From a virus: a DNA stretch of 34,306 nt. Location: the UHGV virus genome UHGV-0121572, one strand, 5' to 3'. The stretch's first letter is position 1; each line of letters starts with the position of its first letter. This document shows positions 1 to 9,490 of this stretch, one piece after another. The position numbers and the translations under genes are program-made. The notes under the pieces were generated by a model. That model worked only from the letters and a program-made list of their open reading frames with translations, was not told the origin of the DNA and ran no database searches.

Positions 1-9
1 TTAGCAAGG

Positions 10-29
10 TTGTGTACATTTGTACACAA
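10..29. promoter_or_regulatory. Perfect inverted repeat TTGTGTACA-TT-TGTACACAA just upstream of the TetR-family gene; candidate autoregulatory operator
   Basis: 9-bp arms read directly from the sequence, ~20 bp upstream of the likely ATG at 50; TetR-family operators are typically palindromes overlapping their own promoter. Confidence 0.3.
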
Positions 30-49
30 TTGCAGACAGAGGAAATGAC

Positions 50-586
50 ATGCGTCGCGCTAACGATCCGCAACGGCGAGAAAAAATTATCCAGGCCACG
101 CTGGAGGCGGTGAAACTTTACGGAATACATGCTGTTACGCACCGCAAAATTGCTACCCTTGCCGGGGTACCGTTGGGATCGATGACCTACTATTTTTCAG
201 GAATTGATGAGTTGTTGCTGGAGGCGTTCAGCAGTTTTACTGAGATTATGTCCCGGCAATATCAGGCATTTTTTAGCGATGTTAGTGATGCTCAAGGCGC
301 ATGCCAGGCTATCACCGATATGATCTACAGCTCACAGGTTGCAACGCCGGATAATATGGAGCTGATGTACCAGCTCTACGCGCTGGCTAGCCGAAAACCG
401 CTATTAAAAACGGTAATGCAAAACTGGATGCAGCGCAGTCAGCAAACGCTCGAACAATGGTTTGAACCCGGAACCGCCCGCGCGCTTGATGCGTTTATTG
501 AGGGGATGACGCTGCATTTTGTCACCGACCGTAAGCCGCTATCGCGCGAGGAGATTTTGAGGATGGTTGAGAGGGTTGCAGGGTAG
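50..586 (+). CDS. TetR/AcrR-family transcriptional regulator (probably host gene flanking the prophage)
   Basis: ORF 20..586 (TTG at 20); in-frame ATG at 50 preceded by GAGGA RBS; N-terminal HTH-like segment (…[25 protein letters not shown]…) typical of TetR family. Confidence 0.75.
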   Translation: MRRANDPQRREKIIQATLEAVKLYGIHAVTHRKIATLAGVPLGSMTYYFSGIDELLLEAFSSFTEIMSRQYQAFFSDVSDAQGACQAITDMIYSSQVATPDNMELMYQLYALASRKPLLKTVMQNWMQRSQQTLEQWFEPGTARALDAFIEGMTLHFVTDRKPLSREEILRMVERVAG

Positions 587-604
587 TAGATAAATTTTAG
601 ATAA

Positions 605-630
605 CAAAAAACCCATTTATGTAAATGGGT
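605..630 (-). terminator. Rho-independent terminator for the leftward int/ORF161 transcript
   Basis: A6 run followed by stem ACCCATTT / AAATGGGT on + strand, i.e. hairpin followed by U-run on the - strand, downstream of the - strand ORF ending at 732. Confidence 0.45.
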
Positions 631-731
631 TAGAAATAACAATGAGTTGCAAGACAATCAATAAGTTAGGTTAGTGATAAGGAGTGGCGATTACGGGACA
701 ATGCCAACCGCTGCCGCCACTTTGTCGCCAC

Positions 732-1217
732 TTATACCGGAGATTTGTCATTTCCCCATAAAGGGAGGCTGGTGCTGAAGATTGCACGTTCGCAATCAGT
801 CTCAAGTTTCTTCTGAGCAACCTTTTGTGGGATAAATCGACACTGATTTGTGCGGCGGTCATACTTGATTTTAGCCTTTCCAATCTCAATAGCCCGCCAG
901 CCAATAGTACGATGTATTACAGCATCTATAGTCCTAAGACATCTCAGTTTACCCTGAATGACGAACTTTTCTTCGGGATTAATTGTGCAGGTGAGTTCTC
1001 CTGAAAAAGTCCAATCACCTTCTGCTTTCTCTAACTGTATATGTATGAAATGTGGATAAGAAGTAGAGATGTCACCTTCATTGCCCCAATCAACTTTTAC
1101 CAAAGACTCATAGTTTTTTGTTTTAGATGATTGATAAATAGGTTGATATGCAGCAGGGATGATTACAACTGCCCCAACTGCAGCCACAACTGAAAAAAAA
1201 TCCGCAATGCCGGACAT
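732..1217 (-). CDS. Hypothetical membrane-anchored protein (161 aa) immediately downstream of int
   Basis: ORF 732..1217; hydrophobic N-terminus (FFSVVAAVGAVVIIPAAY); 40-bp gap after int stop, same orientation; no recognisable catalytic motif. Confidence 0.5.
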   Translation of the reverse strand: MSGIADFFSVVAAVGAVVIIPAAYQPIYQSSKTKNYESLVKVDWGNEGDISTSYPHFIHIQLEKAEGDWTFSGELTCTINPEEKFVIQGKLRCLRTIDAVIHRTIGWRAIEIGKAKIKYDRRTNQCRFIPQKVAQKKLETDCERAIFSTSLPLWGNDKSPV

Positions 1218-1257
1218 AGCTTTACTCTATTAAGGGAAGGTGCGCTATTTTAACGTG

Positions 1258-2301
1258 TTAGCTGTTTGCTTCAAGGTTCGTTGCTTTAGTGGAAAGTGTG
1301 GCTAATGGATTGAAACGCAGTGCTGTTTCAAGGTGATCAGGGGCAAGATGTGCATAGCGCATAGTCATTTTTATATCGTGGTGGCCCAGGATTTTTTGTA
1401 AAGCAAGAATGTTCCCGCCGGACATCATAAAATGTGCTGCGAACGTATGGCGTAGAACGTGGGTAAGTTGCCCGCGTGGTAGTACGATCGAGGTTCTATC
1501 CATCACGGCTAAAAACTGGAAGTAGCAGTCAGTAAATAATTTGAAGCCGTCTAGGGCAACAATTTCCTCATACAGCTCTTTGCTGATCGGAATGCTGCGG
1601 TTTTTTTTGCCCTTAGTTCTGACAAATGTGATTCGGTATTTCGTGACCTGAGAACGTGTCAGGTTCACAGCTTCGCGCCAACGTGCTCCGGTGCTCAAGC
1701 AGATTTTGACGACAAGAGCGAGCAGGGGGCTTTGGCGTTGACAGTCGAACAGAAGCTCTGTGATTTGTTCATGTGTCAGCCAGGCCATTTCTTTTTCGGC
1801 AATGGTGAATTTACGCATGTTCTCCAGTGGATTTGGTGCTGTCCATTCACCGAGTCGGGCTAACTCGCTAAAGACCCCACTCAGATAGCTTTGCTCCAGA
1901 TTGATAGTTACCGGGCTGGCTCCTTTCTTCCATTTTTCGCTGAAGTAGATTTCACCCGTCAGGCGCTTATCGCGATAGTGCGCGAACATTTTGGATGTTA
2001 GATCGGTGGCGAGGGGATTTCCGAGAGCATCGACCATCAGTATCAACTTGTCGTAAACATGCTCGCCAGCGGTCAGGGATTTGCCGTGCAGTTTGAACCA
2101 GAGTTCAACGATATCCTGTAGAGTTCGACGGTCTACCGATTCACCAAGCCAAGGCTTAGCTTCTGCCTCCTCCATCGTGTGACGCTCAAAAGCTAATGCT
2201 TCGCCTTTGGTAGCGAACTGTTTACGCACGCGACGCCCGCTGCGTCCGGCGGGGTAACATTCGCAAAGCCATTTCCCTGTGGTTAGTTTTCGTACTGCCA
2301 T
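1258..2301 (-). CDS. int: Tyrosine integrase, P2 Int family
   Basis: ORF 1258..2457 but the P2-Int-like N-terminus MAVRKLTTGKW… begins at the ATG at 2301 with GGAGGG RBS; C-terminal catalytic region (…LRHTFAAHFMMSGGNILALQKILGHHDIKMTMRYAHLAP…) with the conserved R…HxxR…Y arrangement. Confidence 0.9.
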   Translation of the reverse strand: MAVRKLTTGKWLCECYPAGRSGRRVRKQFATKGEALAFERHTMEEAEAKPWLGESVDRRTLQDIVELWFKLHGKSLTAGEHVYDKLILMVDALGNPLATDLTSKMFAHYRDKRLTGEIYFSEKWKKGASPVTINLEQSYLSGVFSELARLGEWTAPNPLENMRKFTIAEKEMAWLTHEQITELLFDCQRQSPLLALVVKICLSTGARWREAVNLTRSQVTKYRITFVRTKGKKNRSIPISKELYEEIVALDGFKLFTDCYFQFLAVMDRTSIVLPRGQLTHVLRHTFAAHFMMSGGNILALQKILGHHDIKMTMRYAHLAPDHLETALRFNPLATLSTKATNLEANS

Positions 2302-2489
2302 AAAAAATGCCCTCCAGTAGAGAGCATTTTCACTGTATGTATAACCAGTGTCAATGTATGAAATCCTACGACCATACATCTCACTGAAGCCATAATTAAG
2401 TTGGCTATTCTTTTTGCTATGTGAGCATGTAATTTTTGCGGTTAACCTGCGGCTCATTTTTATTTTAGGCGCAGATATAAAAGCAAAAG

Positions 2490-2681
2490 TTATCGTGAGT
2501 TTTTAGTACAGATTTTTTTGGATTTACTAATAGTTCCATCATTGCAAACAAATTTGCCATCTGAGGTACAGTGAGAAACACCTCCCTTTTTCCCTGAACA
2601 GGGATAATTTCTAGCATAGGTAGTTAGTGGGTTTAATAACAAAGAACATGACAAAACCACAAAAAATACCTTACCAAGCAT
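2490..2681 (-). CDS. Small Cys-rich secreted protein/peptide (63 aa) between int and cI
   Basis: ORF 2490..2708; internal ATG at 2681 has a strong GGAGG RBS; N-terminal signal-peptide-like segment [23 protein letters not shown] then a Cys/Gly/Lys-rich mature part. Confidence 0.45.
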   Translation of the reverse strand: MLGKVFFVVLSCSLLLNPLTTYARNYPCSGKKGGVSHCTSDGKFVCNDGTISKSKKICTKNSR

Positions 2682-2697
2682 AGTTTTCCTCCCGGTA

Positions 2698-3354
2698 CTA
2701 TTTAACATACTTGACTGTTAAACTTATAATTTTACCAATTATTTCAATGTCTTCTATCTTGCATTCGAAGGCTCTGTTTCCACCCTCGACGAAGATTCTT
2801 CCACCGGGTAAACGAGTAATGTCACGGATCGTTATTTCGCCATCAATACTTATTACCCATTTACCATCACGTATATCATCAAATTCCTTATCACAAATAA
2901 ATTCAGAATTATTATCTGTGATTGCAAAAATATTCTTGAATGCCGACGGTAGAAATTCCCTATCGAAAATATAAAAACCGTCTTCACATAAGGCCCCATC
3001 AGATAATACATATTTAGCAACTTCCATAGTATTTGTATTTGCTGATGCTTGCTTTGAACCATGCCCTGTTGTTAGCCAATTAAGCGAGGTGCCCGTTTCA
3101 AGGGCGCACTGGATTACCCAATCTGCTGGAAAAATATCACGCATATAGCGCGTTGCCATGGTGCTCTTAGAAACACCTAAATGATCACAGAGAGCCTGAC
3201 GGGTACCGAACCCATATGCTTCAACTAAACGTTCTATGGCTTTCTTACCGCCGCTATTGAAATCCACAAGTCCTCCAAAGAAATCCAAAATTCGTTGACA
3301 GATTCCAAAAGCGATCTTAAAGTTGAACCAGAAGTGTTCTTTTGGAGCCTTCAC
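2698..3354 (-). CDS. cI: Phage 186-type CI immunity repressor
   Basis: Recalled similarity to 186 CI: N-terminal CI-type HTH (…[25 protein letters not shown]…[15 protein letters not shown]) and C-terminal domain (…[25 protein letters not shown]…); divergent from the rightward early operon; exact start uncertain. Confidence 0.8.
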   Translation of the reverse strand: MKAPKEHFWFNFKIAFGICQRILDFFGGLVDFNSGGKKAIERLVEAYGFGTRQALCDHLGVSKSTMATRYMRDIFPADWVIQCALETGTSLNWLTTGHGSKQASANTNTMEVAKYVLSDGALCEDGFYIFDREFLPSAFKNIFAITDNNSEFICDKEFDDIRDGKWVISIDGEITIRDITRLPGGRIFVEGGNRAFECKIEDIEIIGKIISLTVKYVK

Positions 3355-3412
3355 TACTAATCACGACAAACAACGGCTCGCCACAAGCCATATCTAGAAG
3401 GAATGTTGCCTT
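3355..3412. promoter_or_regulatory. Lysis-lysogeny switch region between divergent cI and apl (expected pR/pL and operators)
   Basis: Position only: 58-bp gap between the divergently transcribed repressor and the first early gene; individual promoter elements not resolved. Confidence 0.3.
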
Positions 3413-3616
3413 ATGACACCTAACATTTCAATTACTCTGAATACACCACATGTCACAATCGAACGTTATAGCGAACTGACTGGCCTTTCTATTGATACGA
3501 TTAACGACATGTTGGCTGATGGCCGACTACCTCGTCATCGTCTTCGTAAAGACAAAAAACGTGAAAAGGTAATGATTAACCTGGCTGCTCTGACTGTTGA
3601 TGCTTTGTCTGCTTAA
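3413..3616 (+). CDS. apl: Apl/Cox-like excisionase / early transcription regulator
   Basis: 67-aa ORF, first gene of the rightward operon opposite cI; small basic HTH-like protein (…[34 protein letters not shown]…). Confidence 0.7.
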   Translation: MTPNISITLNTPHVTIERYSELTGLSIDTINDMLADGRLPRHRLRKDKKREKVMINLAALTVDALSA

Positions 3617-3680
3617 TAGACGTCTATTTTCGCAATAAGACGCTGAGTTCGATTTTGCGATAAGTTCGGAGTTGAAAACC

Positions 3681-4190
3681 ATGTTTGATTACCAAGTTTC
3701 CAAACATCCACATTTTGATGAAGCCTGTCGTGCATTCGCACTGCGCCACAATCTGGTGCAACTGGCAGAACGTGCAGGCATGAATGTGCAGATTCTGCGG
3801 AACAAACTGAACCCAGCTCAACCTCATTTATTAACCGCACCAGAAATTTGGTTGCTTACCGATCTGACTGAAGATTCAACGCTGGTAGATGGTTTTCTGG
3901 CACAGATTCACTGCCTGCCATGTGTACCGATTAATGAGGTAGCAAAAGAGAAACTGCCGCATTACGTCATGAGTGCAACTGCAGAGATAGGACGTGTCGC
4001 GGCAGGTGCGGTTTCTGGCGATGTAAAAACCAGTGCAGGCCGTCGTGATGCGATCAGCAGCATTAACTCTGTTACACGACTGATGGCGCTGGCTGCTGTT
4101 TCATTGCAGGCCCGTTTACAGGCTAATCCTGCGATGGCGAGTGCAGTTGATACCATGACTGGTCTTGGTGCTTCATTCGGTTTGCTGTGA
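3681..4190 (+). CDS. cII: Phage 186-type CII lysogeny establishment regulator
   Basis: ORF 3672..4190 (TTG); ATG at 3681 after GGAG; recalled near-identity to the 186 CII N-terminus ([45 protein letters not shown]…[23 protein letters not shown]…). Confidence 0.8.
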   Translation: MFDYQVSKHPHFDEACRAFALRHNLVQLAERAGMNVQILRNKLNPAQPHLLTAPEIWLLTDLTEDSTLVDGFLAQIHCLPCVPINEVAKEKLPHYVMSATAEIGRVAAGAVSGDVKTSAGRRDAISSINSVTRLMALAAVSLQARLQANPAMASAVDTMTGLGASFGLL

Positions 4191-4197
4191 GGTGCTT

Positions 4198-4494
4198 ATG
4201 CTTACGAAAGAACCATCATTTGCATCGCTGCTGGTAAAACAAAGTCCGGCAATGCACTACGGTCACGGCTGGATCACGGGTGAGGATGGAAAACGCTGGC
4301 ATCCATGTCATTCACAAGATGAATTGCTGTCTGAATTGACCACGAGGAAACGGAGAAAGTCCAAATGTATGCGGCAGAAAGTGAAGTGGTTTATCAGTTT
4401 CGTTACAGAGGGGAGAGTTATTCAGTACCTGAAGATGATTTGCTCTGTTGCTATCCGTCATTGTCGGGCGATGGCAGTTACTTTTTCACGTTAA
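4198..4494 (+). CDS. Hypothetical early protein (overlaps the next ORF out of frame)
   Basis: ATG at 4198 with GAGGTG just upstream, immediately after the cII stop; the tail overlaps ORF 4365..4589 in another frame, so the true 3' extent is uncertain. Confidence 0.35.
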   Translation: MLTKEPSFASLLVKQSPAMHYGHGWITGEDGKRWHPCHSQDELLSELTTRKRRKSKCMRQKVKWFISFVTEGRVIQYLKMICSVAIRHCRAMAVTFSR

Positions 4495-4589
4495 AGGATG
4501 GGACGTTTTTACGGGGAGAGCAGGTTAAAGAGACGATACGAAAAAATGTATCTCCTCTTGAGCGTTACCGTAAGAACAAAGAACGATAG
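4365..4589 (+). CDS. Hypothetical early protein (74 aa)
   Basis: ORF with GGAGAAAG RBS upstream; balanced charged composition; in the fil/dhr-equivalent position of 186-like early operons. Confidence 0.45.
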   Translation: MYAAESEVVYQFRYRGESYSVPEDDLLCCYPSLSGDGSYFFTLKDGTFLRGEQVKETIRKNVSPLERYRKNKER

Positions 4590-4611
4590 CTGCGTTTGGG
4601 GGATATGAAGT

Positions 4612-4953
4612 ATGGCAATTAATGGCGCTGCAGCAACTGTTCCATTAAGCCCCGGTGAACGCCTGAATGGACTTAATCACATTGCGGAGTTAAGGGCGAA
4701 AGTTTTTGGCCTGAATATTGAGTCAGAGCTTGAGCGGTTTATTAAAGATATGCGTGATCCACGGGATATCAATAATGAACAAAATAAACGGGCACTGGCT
4801 GCCATATTCTTTATGGCAAAAATTCCAGCTGAACGTCATAGCATCAGCATTAATGAGCTGACCACTGACGAAAAGCGGGAGCTGATTAAAGCAATGAATC
4901 ATTTTCGTGCAGTGGTGAGCTTATTTCCCAGACGGCTAACCATGCCGAATTAA
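4612..4953 (+). CDS. Hypothetical early protein (113 aa)
   Basis: ORF in the early operon between cII and the replication gene, same strand. Confidence 0.55.
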   Translation: MAINGAAATVPLSPGERLNGLNHIAELRAKVFGLNIESELERFIKDMRDPRDINNEQNKRALAAIFFMAKIPAERHSISINELTTDEKRELIKAMNHFRAVVSLFPRRLTMPN

Positions 4954-5020
4954 CCAACTAATGAAATTAATGGCGTAAACCCGCCGGGCATCCCTTTATC
5001 TAAATTCAGGAGAATTAATT

Positions 5021-5254
5021 ATGCGTAATATTGAAACCCTCACGACTAAAACCGGACCGGATGACGCAGGGCTTAATATTTTACTGACAGAGGCTCGTCT
5101 GGAAGAACGCCGGGCAAGGGCAGAAGCAATGGCAGCTCGCCTTGATAGCCTGGCGTGTCATATCACATCCCGCCAGCTAAACCACGTCGAAGCGGCAGAA
5201 CTACTGCGTGTAACTGCTGAAGCAATCCAGAACGAAGCGCAGGAGATCCACTAA
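5021..5254 (+). CDS. Hypothetical early protein (77 aa)
   Basis: ORF preceded by AGGAGAA RBS; stop overlaps the start of the next gene. Confidence 0.55.
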   Translation: MRNIETLTTKTGPDDAGLNILLTEARLEERRARAEAMAARLDSLACHITSRQLNHVEAAELLRVTAEAIQNEAQEIH

Positions 5255-5481
5255 TGGCTGATGCAATGGATCTCGTACAGCAGCGCGTTGAAGAAGAACG
5301 CCAGCGCCATATTCGTGCTGCCCGTGCCAAAACACCGGGCGTGTCTCGCGTGCTTTGTATTGAATGTGAAGCGCCAATTCCGCCAGCACGACGCCGCGCC
5401 ATTCCGGGAGTGCAGCTTTGCATTACCTGCCAGGAAATCGCAGAGCTGAAAGGCAAACATTACAACGGAGGTGCTGTATGA
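5254..5481 (+). CDS. TraR/DksA-family C4 zinc-finger protein
   Basis: 75-aa ORF with CIEC…(x17)…CITC four-cysteine spacing characteristic of DksA/TraR zinc fingers; stop overlaps dam start (ATGA). Confidence 0.65.
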   Translation: MADAMDLVQQRVEEERQRHIRAARAKTPGVSRVLCIECEAPIPPARRRAIPGVQLCITCQEIAELKGKHYNGGAV

Positions 5482-6335
5482 GCACCATCCTGAAATGGGC
5501 GGGAAATAAAACCGCCATTATGTCCGAACTGAAAAAACACCTTCCTGCTGGCCCGCGACTGGTTGAACCTTTCGCGGGTTCCTGTGCTGTGATGATGGAG
5601 ACGGATTACCCCAGCTATCTGGTTGCGGATATTAATCCTGATTTAATCAACCTCTATAAAAAGGTTGCCGCTGATTGTGAATCGTTTATATCTCGCGCCA
5701 GAGTTTTATTTGAGATCGCAAACAGGGAGGTGGCTTATTACAACATAAGGCAGGAGTTTAATTACTCCACTGAAATTACTGATTTCATGAAAGCGGTATA
5801 TTTCCTGTATCTCAATCGTCACGGTTACCGTGGTTTATGTCGCTATAACAAGAGCGGGCATTTCAACATTCCCTACGGTAATTATAAAAATCCGTATTTC
5901 CCTGAAAAAGAAATTCGCGCATTTGCAGAAAAGGCCCAGCGAGCAACGTTTATCTGCGCCAGCTTTGATGAAACGCTGGCGATGTTGAAGGCGGGGGATG
6001 TGGTGTATTGCGATCCGCCGTATGACGGTACGTTTTCCGGCTATCACACTGACGGCTTCACTGAAGATGACCAGTATCACCTGGCATCTGTTCTTGAACA
6101 TCGGTCATCAGAAGGACATCCGGTCATTGTTTCTAACAGTGACACATCCCTGATCCGTTCGCTGTATCGCAATTTTACTCACCACTACATCAAGGCAAAA
6201 CGCAGCATCGGTGTGGCAGCTGGCGAGGGTAAATCAGCAACAGAAATCATTGCTGTTTCCGGGCCGCGCTGCTGGGTGGGATTTGATTATTCGCGTGGAG
6301 TGGATAGTTCTGCCGTGTACGGAGTACGTGCATGA
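5478..6335 (+). CDS. dam: Dam-like DNA N6-adenine methyltransferase
   Basis: ORF 5418..6335; ATG at 5478 with GGAGGTG RBS gives N-terminus [11 protein letters not shown] (AdoMet motif) and catalytic DPPY motif (…[10 protein letters not shown]…); stop overlaps start of A. Confidence 0.85.
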   Translation: MSTILKWAGNKTAIMSELKKHLPAGPRLVEPFAGSCAVMMETDYPSYLVADINPDLINLYKKVAADCESFISRARVLFEIANREVAYYNIRQEFNYSTEITDFMKAVYFLYLNRHGYRGLCRYNKSGHFNIPYGNYKNPYFPEKEIRAFAEKAQRATFICASFDETLAMLKAGDVVYCDPPYDGTFSGYHTDGFTEDDQYHLASVLEHRSSEGHPVIVSNSDTSLIRSLYRNFTHHYIKAKRSIGVAAGEGKSATEIIAVSGPRCWVGFDYSRGVDSSAVYGVRA

Positions 6336-8746
6336 GTCATGCCGATATGAACAACTGCTGCGGCTTTAACGAAGCTGCCGCATCGTTCTCATGGAACAGC
6401 CCGAAAAAGGCCATTAACCCTTATCTGGACCCGGTGGAAGTTGCGCCGGTTTCTACGCTTTCAAACCTGATCACTCTGTACGCTGCCGATAACGAGCAGG
6501 AACAGCTGCGCCGTGAGGCGCTGAGTGATCAGGTCTGGGAGCGTTATTTCTTTAATGAATCCCGTGATCCTGTCCAGCGCGAAATGGAACAGGATAAGCT
6601 CATTAGTCGGGCAAAGCTGGTGCATGAGCAGCAGCGTTTTAATCCGGATATGGTCATTCTGGCGGACGTCAACGCCCAGCCTTCCCATATCAGCAAGCCG
6701 CTGATGCAACGTATTGAATACTTCAGCAGCCTTGGCAGGACAAAGGCTTATTCCCGCTATTTACGTGAGACGATTAAGCCATGTCTGGAACGACTGGAGC
6801 ATGTACGCGACAGTCAGCTATCTGCATCTTTTCGCTTTATGGCAAGCCATGAAGGGCTGGACGGCCTGCTGATCCTGCCTGAAATGAGTCAGGATCAGGT
6901 GAAACGCCTGTCCACCCTGGTAGCTGCGCATATGAGTATGTGCCTTGATGCCGCTTGTGGCGATTTGTATGCCACCGATGACGTTAAGCCAGAAGAAATC
7001 CGCAATACATGGGAAAGGGTGGCAGCGGAAACCCTGCGTCTGGATGTAATCCCGCCTGCGTTTGAGCAACTCCGTCGGAAAAGAAACCGCCGTAAACCCG
7101 TGCCCTATGAACTCATTCCGGGTTCGCTGGCGCGTATGTTGTGCGCCGACTGGTGGTATCGGAAATTATGGAAGATGCGTTGCGAATGGCGGGAAGAGCA
7201 GTTGCGTGCTGTCTGCCTTGTCAGCAAAAAAGCATCTCCCTATGTCAGCTATGAAGCCGTGTTGCATAAACGTGAGCAGCGCCGTAAGTCGCTGGAGTTT
7301 TTCCGTTCTCATGAACTGGTGAACGAAGACGGCGACACGCTGGACATGGAGGATGTGGTAAACGCCAGCAGCAGCAACCCTGCGCATCGCCGCAATGAGA
7401 TGATGGCCTGTGTTAAAGGTCTGGAGCTTATCGCGGAAATGCGCGGTGACTGCGCCGTTTTCTACACCATCACCTGTCCGTCACGTTTCCATTCCACGCT
7501 AAATAACGGCAGGCCCAACCCGACCTGGACAAATGCGACGGTAAGACAAAGCAGCGATTATCTGGTCGGTATGTTTGCTGCATTTCGTAAGGCGATGCAC
7601 AAAGCCGGGTTGCGCTGGTATGGCGTGCGGGTGGCTGAGCCGCATCACGACGGCACAGTTCACTGGCACCTGTTGTGTTTCATGCGCAAAAAAGACCGCC
7701 GCGCCATTACTGCATTGTTGCGTAAGTTTGCTATCCGTGAAGACCGCGAGGAGCTGGGCAATAACACGGGGCCGCGCTTTAAGTCTGAGCTGATTAACCC
7801 GCGCAAAGGAACGCCGACAAGCTACATAGCGAAATACATCAGTAAGAACATTGACGGGCGTGGTCTGGCTGGCGAGATCAGCAAGGAAACGGGTAAATCT
7901 CTGCGTGATAACGCTGAATACGTGAACGCCTGGGCGTCTTTGCATCGTGTTCAGCAATTCCGCTTCTTTGGCATTCCGGGGCGTCAGGCTTACCGTGAAC
8001 TGCGATTGCTGGCTGGTCAGGCGGCAAGGCAACAGGGGGACAAAAAAGCAGGTGCGCCGGTACTGGATAACCCGCGCCTTGATGCCATCCTGGCTGCTGC
8101 TGATGCTGGTTGTTTTGCCACCTACATCATGAAGCAGGGCGGCGTACTGGTTCCCCGTAAATATCACCTCATCAGAACCGCTTATGAAATCAACGAAGAG
8201 CCGACCGCCTATGGCGATCACGGCATTCGTATTTATGGCATCTGGTCACCTATTGCAGAGGGCAAGATCTGCACTCATGCAGTGAAGTGGAAAATGGTTC
8301 GTAAAGCCGTTGACGTTCAGGAGGCGGCAGCCGACCAGAGCGCTTGCGCCCCTTGGACTCGTGGCAATAACTGTCCCCTTGCTGAAAATTTGAACCAACA
8401 GGAGAAAGATAAATCAGCTGATGGGGACACCAGAACGGATATTACCCGCATGGATGACAAGGAGTTGCACGATTTTCTGCACAGTATGAACAAAAAAGAG
8501 CGCCGGGAACTGGCTGCAAGGTTACGCCTGGTGAAACCGAAACGGCGTAGAAACTACAAACAGCGAATTACAGACCATCAACGACAGCAGCTCGTCTATG
8601 AACTGAAGTCCAGAGGATTTGATGGCAGCGAGAAAGAGGTAGATTTACTCCTTCGCGGTGGCAGTATTCCGTCAGGAGCAGGCCTGCGTATCTTCTATCG
8701 GAACCAGCGTCTGAAGGAAGATGATAAGTGGCGGAACCTGTATTAA
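6332..8746 (+). CDS. A: Replication initiation endonuclease (P2 gpA / 186 A family, rolling-circle initiator)
   Basis: 804-aa ORF, last large gene of the early operon; size, position and internal region (…[13 protein letters not shown]…[14 protein letters not shown]…) consistent with P2 A-type replication protein. Confidence 0.85.
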   Translation: MSHADMNNCCGFNEAAASFSWNSPKKAINPYLDPVEVAPVSTLSNLITLYAADNEQEQLRREALSDQVWERYFFNESRDPVQREMEQDKLISRAKLVHEQQRFNPDMVILADVNAQPSHISKPLMQRIEYFSSLGRTKAYSRYLRETIKPCLERLEHVRDSQLSASFRFMASHEGLDGLLILPEMSQDQVKRLSTLVAAHMSMCLDAACGDLYATDDVKPEEIRNTWERVAAETLRLDVIPPAFEQLRRKRNRRKPVPYELIPGSLARMLCADWWYRKLWKMRCEWREEQLRAVCLVSKKASPYVSYEAVLHKREQRRKSLEFFRSHELVNEDGDTLDMEDVVNASSSNPAHRRNEMMACVKGLELIAEMRGDCAVFYTITCPSRFHSTLNNGRPNPTWTNATVRQSSDYLVGMFAAFRKAMHKAGLRWYGVRVAEPHHDGTVHWHLLCFMRKKDRRAITALLRKFAIREDREELGNNTGPRFKSELINPRKGTPTSYIAKYISKNIDGRGLAGEISKETGKSLRDNAEYVNAWASLHRVQQFRFFGIPGRQAYRELRLLAGQAARQQGDKKAGAPVLDNPRLDAILAAADAGCFATYIMKQGGVLVPRKYHLIRTAYEINEEPTAYGDHGIRIYGIWSPIAEGKICTHAVKWKMVRKAVDVQEAAADQSACAPWTRGNNCPLAENLNQQEKDKSADGDTRTDITRMDDKELHDFLHSMNKKERRELAARLRLVKPKRRRNYKQRITDHQRQQLVYELKSRGFDGSEKEVDLLLRGGSIPSGAGLRIFYRNQRLKEDDKWRNLY

Positions 8747-8838
8747 TTACGCGGGTTAACAATTCGTGCTCTTAATAATACCAGGCATATCAGGCCGATG
8801 AACGTAAAAAAACGTTTTACATCAGTAAGATTATTATA

Positions 8839-8858
8839 TACTGTAAATATAAACAGTG
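8839..8858. promoter_or_regulatory. LexA (SOS) box TACTGTAAATATAAACAGTG
   Basis: Exact match to CTGT-N8-ACAG with AT-rich spacer, ~40 bp upstream of ORF 8899..9087; a second partial half-site (…TATACAGTA) lies just downstream. Confidence 0.6.
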
Positions 8859-8898
8859 GTTATGTATACAGTATTGCTTTGGTGTTATAGGAGGAAAG

Positions 8899-9087
8899 AT
8901 GCAGGACTATTTTTTGGAGTCTTTGAAGCTCCAGCGCATTGATTTTTTTCTTAAGCTTGTAGCGGCTAGTGAGTGTAGTGATGAAGAGAAGGGGCTGGCC
9001 CTGCAGTGGGTTTCTGAACTGACAGATGAACTCATGGCAAAAATCAGAACCCACGAATACAACCGCTCAATGGATGTCATCAGCTGA
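8899..9087 (+). CDS. Hypothetical SOS-controlled small protein (possible N-terminal part of a Tum-like antirepressor)
   Basis: 62-aa ORF with strong AGGAGG RBS directly downstream of the LexA box. Confidence 0.5.
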   Translation: MQDYFLESLKLQRIDFFLKLVAASECSDEEKGLALQWVSELTDELMAKIRTHEYNRSMDVIS

Positions 9088-9097
9088 GGTGACTTTT

Positions 9098-9331
9098 ATG
9101 CGCATTGAAATAATGATCGATAAAGAGCAGAAGATTAGCCAGTCTACACTAGACGCCCTTGAATCCGAGCTTTACCGCAATCTGCGCCCCCTGTATCCCA
9201 AAACGGTAATTCGTATCCGCAAAGGTAGCTCTAACGGTGTGGAACTGACCGGACTGCAACTGGACGAAGAAAGAAAACAAGTGATGAAAATTATGCAGAA
9301 GGTGTGGGAAGACGACAGCTGGCTGCATTAA
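9098..9331 (+). CDS. DinI-like protein (Tum C-terminal-domain-like)
   Basis: ORF 9026..9331; ATG at 9098 with GAGGTG RBS gives a 77-aa product MRIEIMIDKEQ…QKVWEDDSWLH matching the DinI family profile (MRIE… start, acidic W-containing C-terminus). Confidence 0.75.
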   Translation: MRIEIMIDKEQKISQSTLDALESELYRNLRPLYPKTVIRIRKGSSNGVELTGLQLDEERKQVMKIMQKVWEDDSWLH

Positions 9332-9490
9332 GAAACGTTGCTGGCGTCTGAAATTGCTTCTGGCGTCAGCAAGGTTGAACAACGAGTACAGTGAGGCGTT
9401 AGGTGTGGCGTTTATTTGATGAGTGAACGCCCTTTCTGCGACAGGTTTGGAGATTAAGGTTGAAACTACGGGCAAAATACCATCTTTTTC

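Noticed and set aside
439-904. Short - strand ORFs 439..657 and 671..904
   Set aside because: 439..657 is antisense to the TetR-family gene; 671..904 overlaps the longer 732..1217 ORF out of frame and crosses the terminator hairpin; neither has independent support.
7499-8221. 240-aa ORF on the - strand inside replication gene A
   Set aside because: Fully contained antisense ORF within A; no independent support.
9336-9470. Possible hairpins downstream of the DinI-like gene
   Set aside because: Imperfect stems needing G-U pairs and lacking a clean U-run; the clear terminator for this unit is at 10190..10214.
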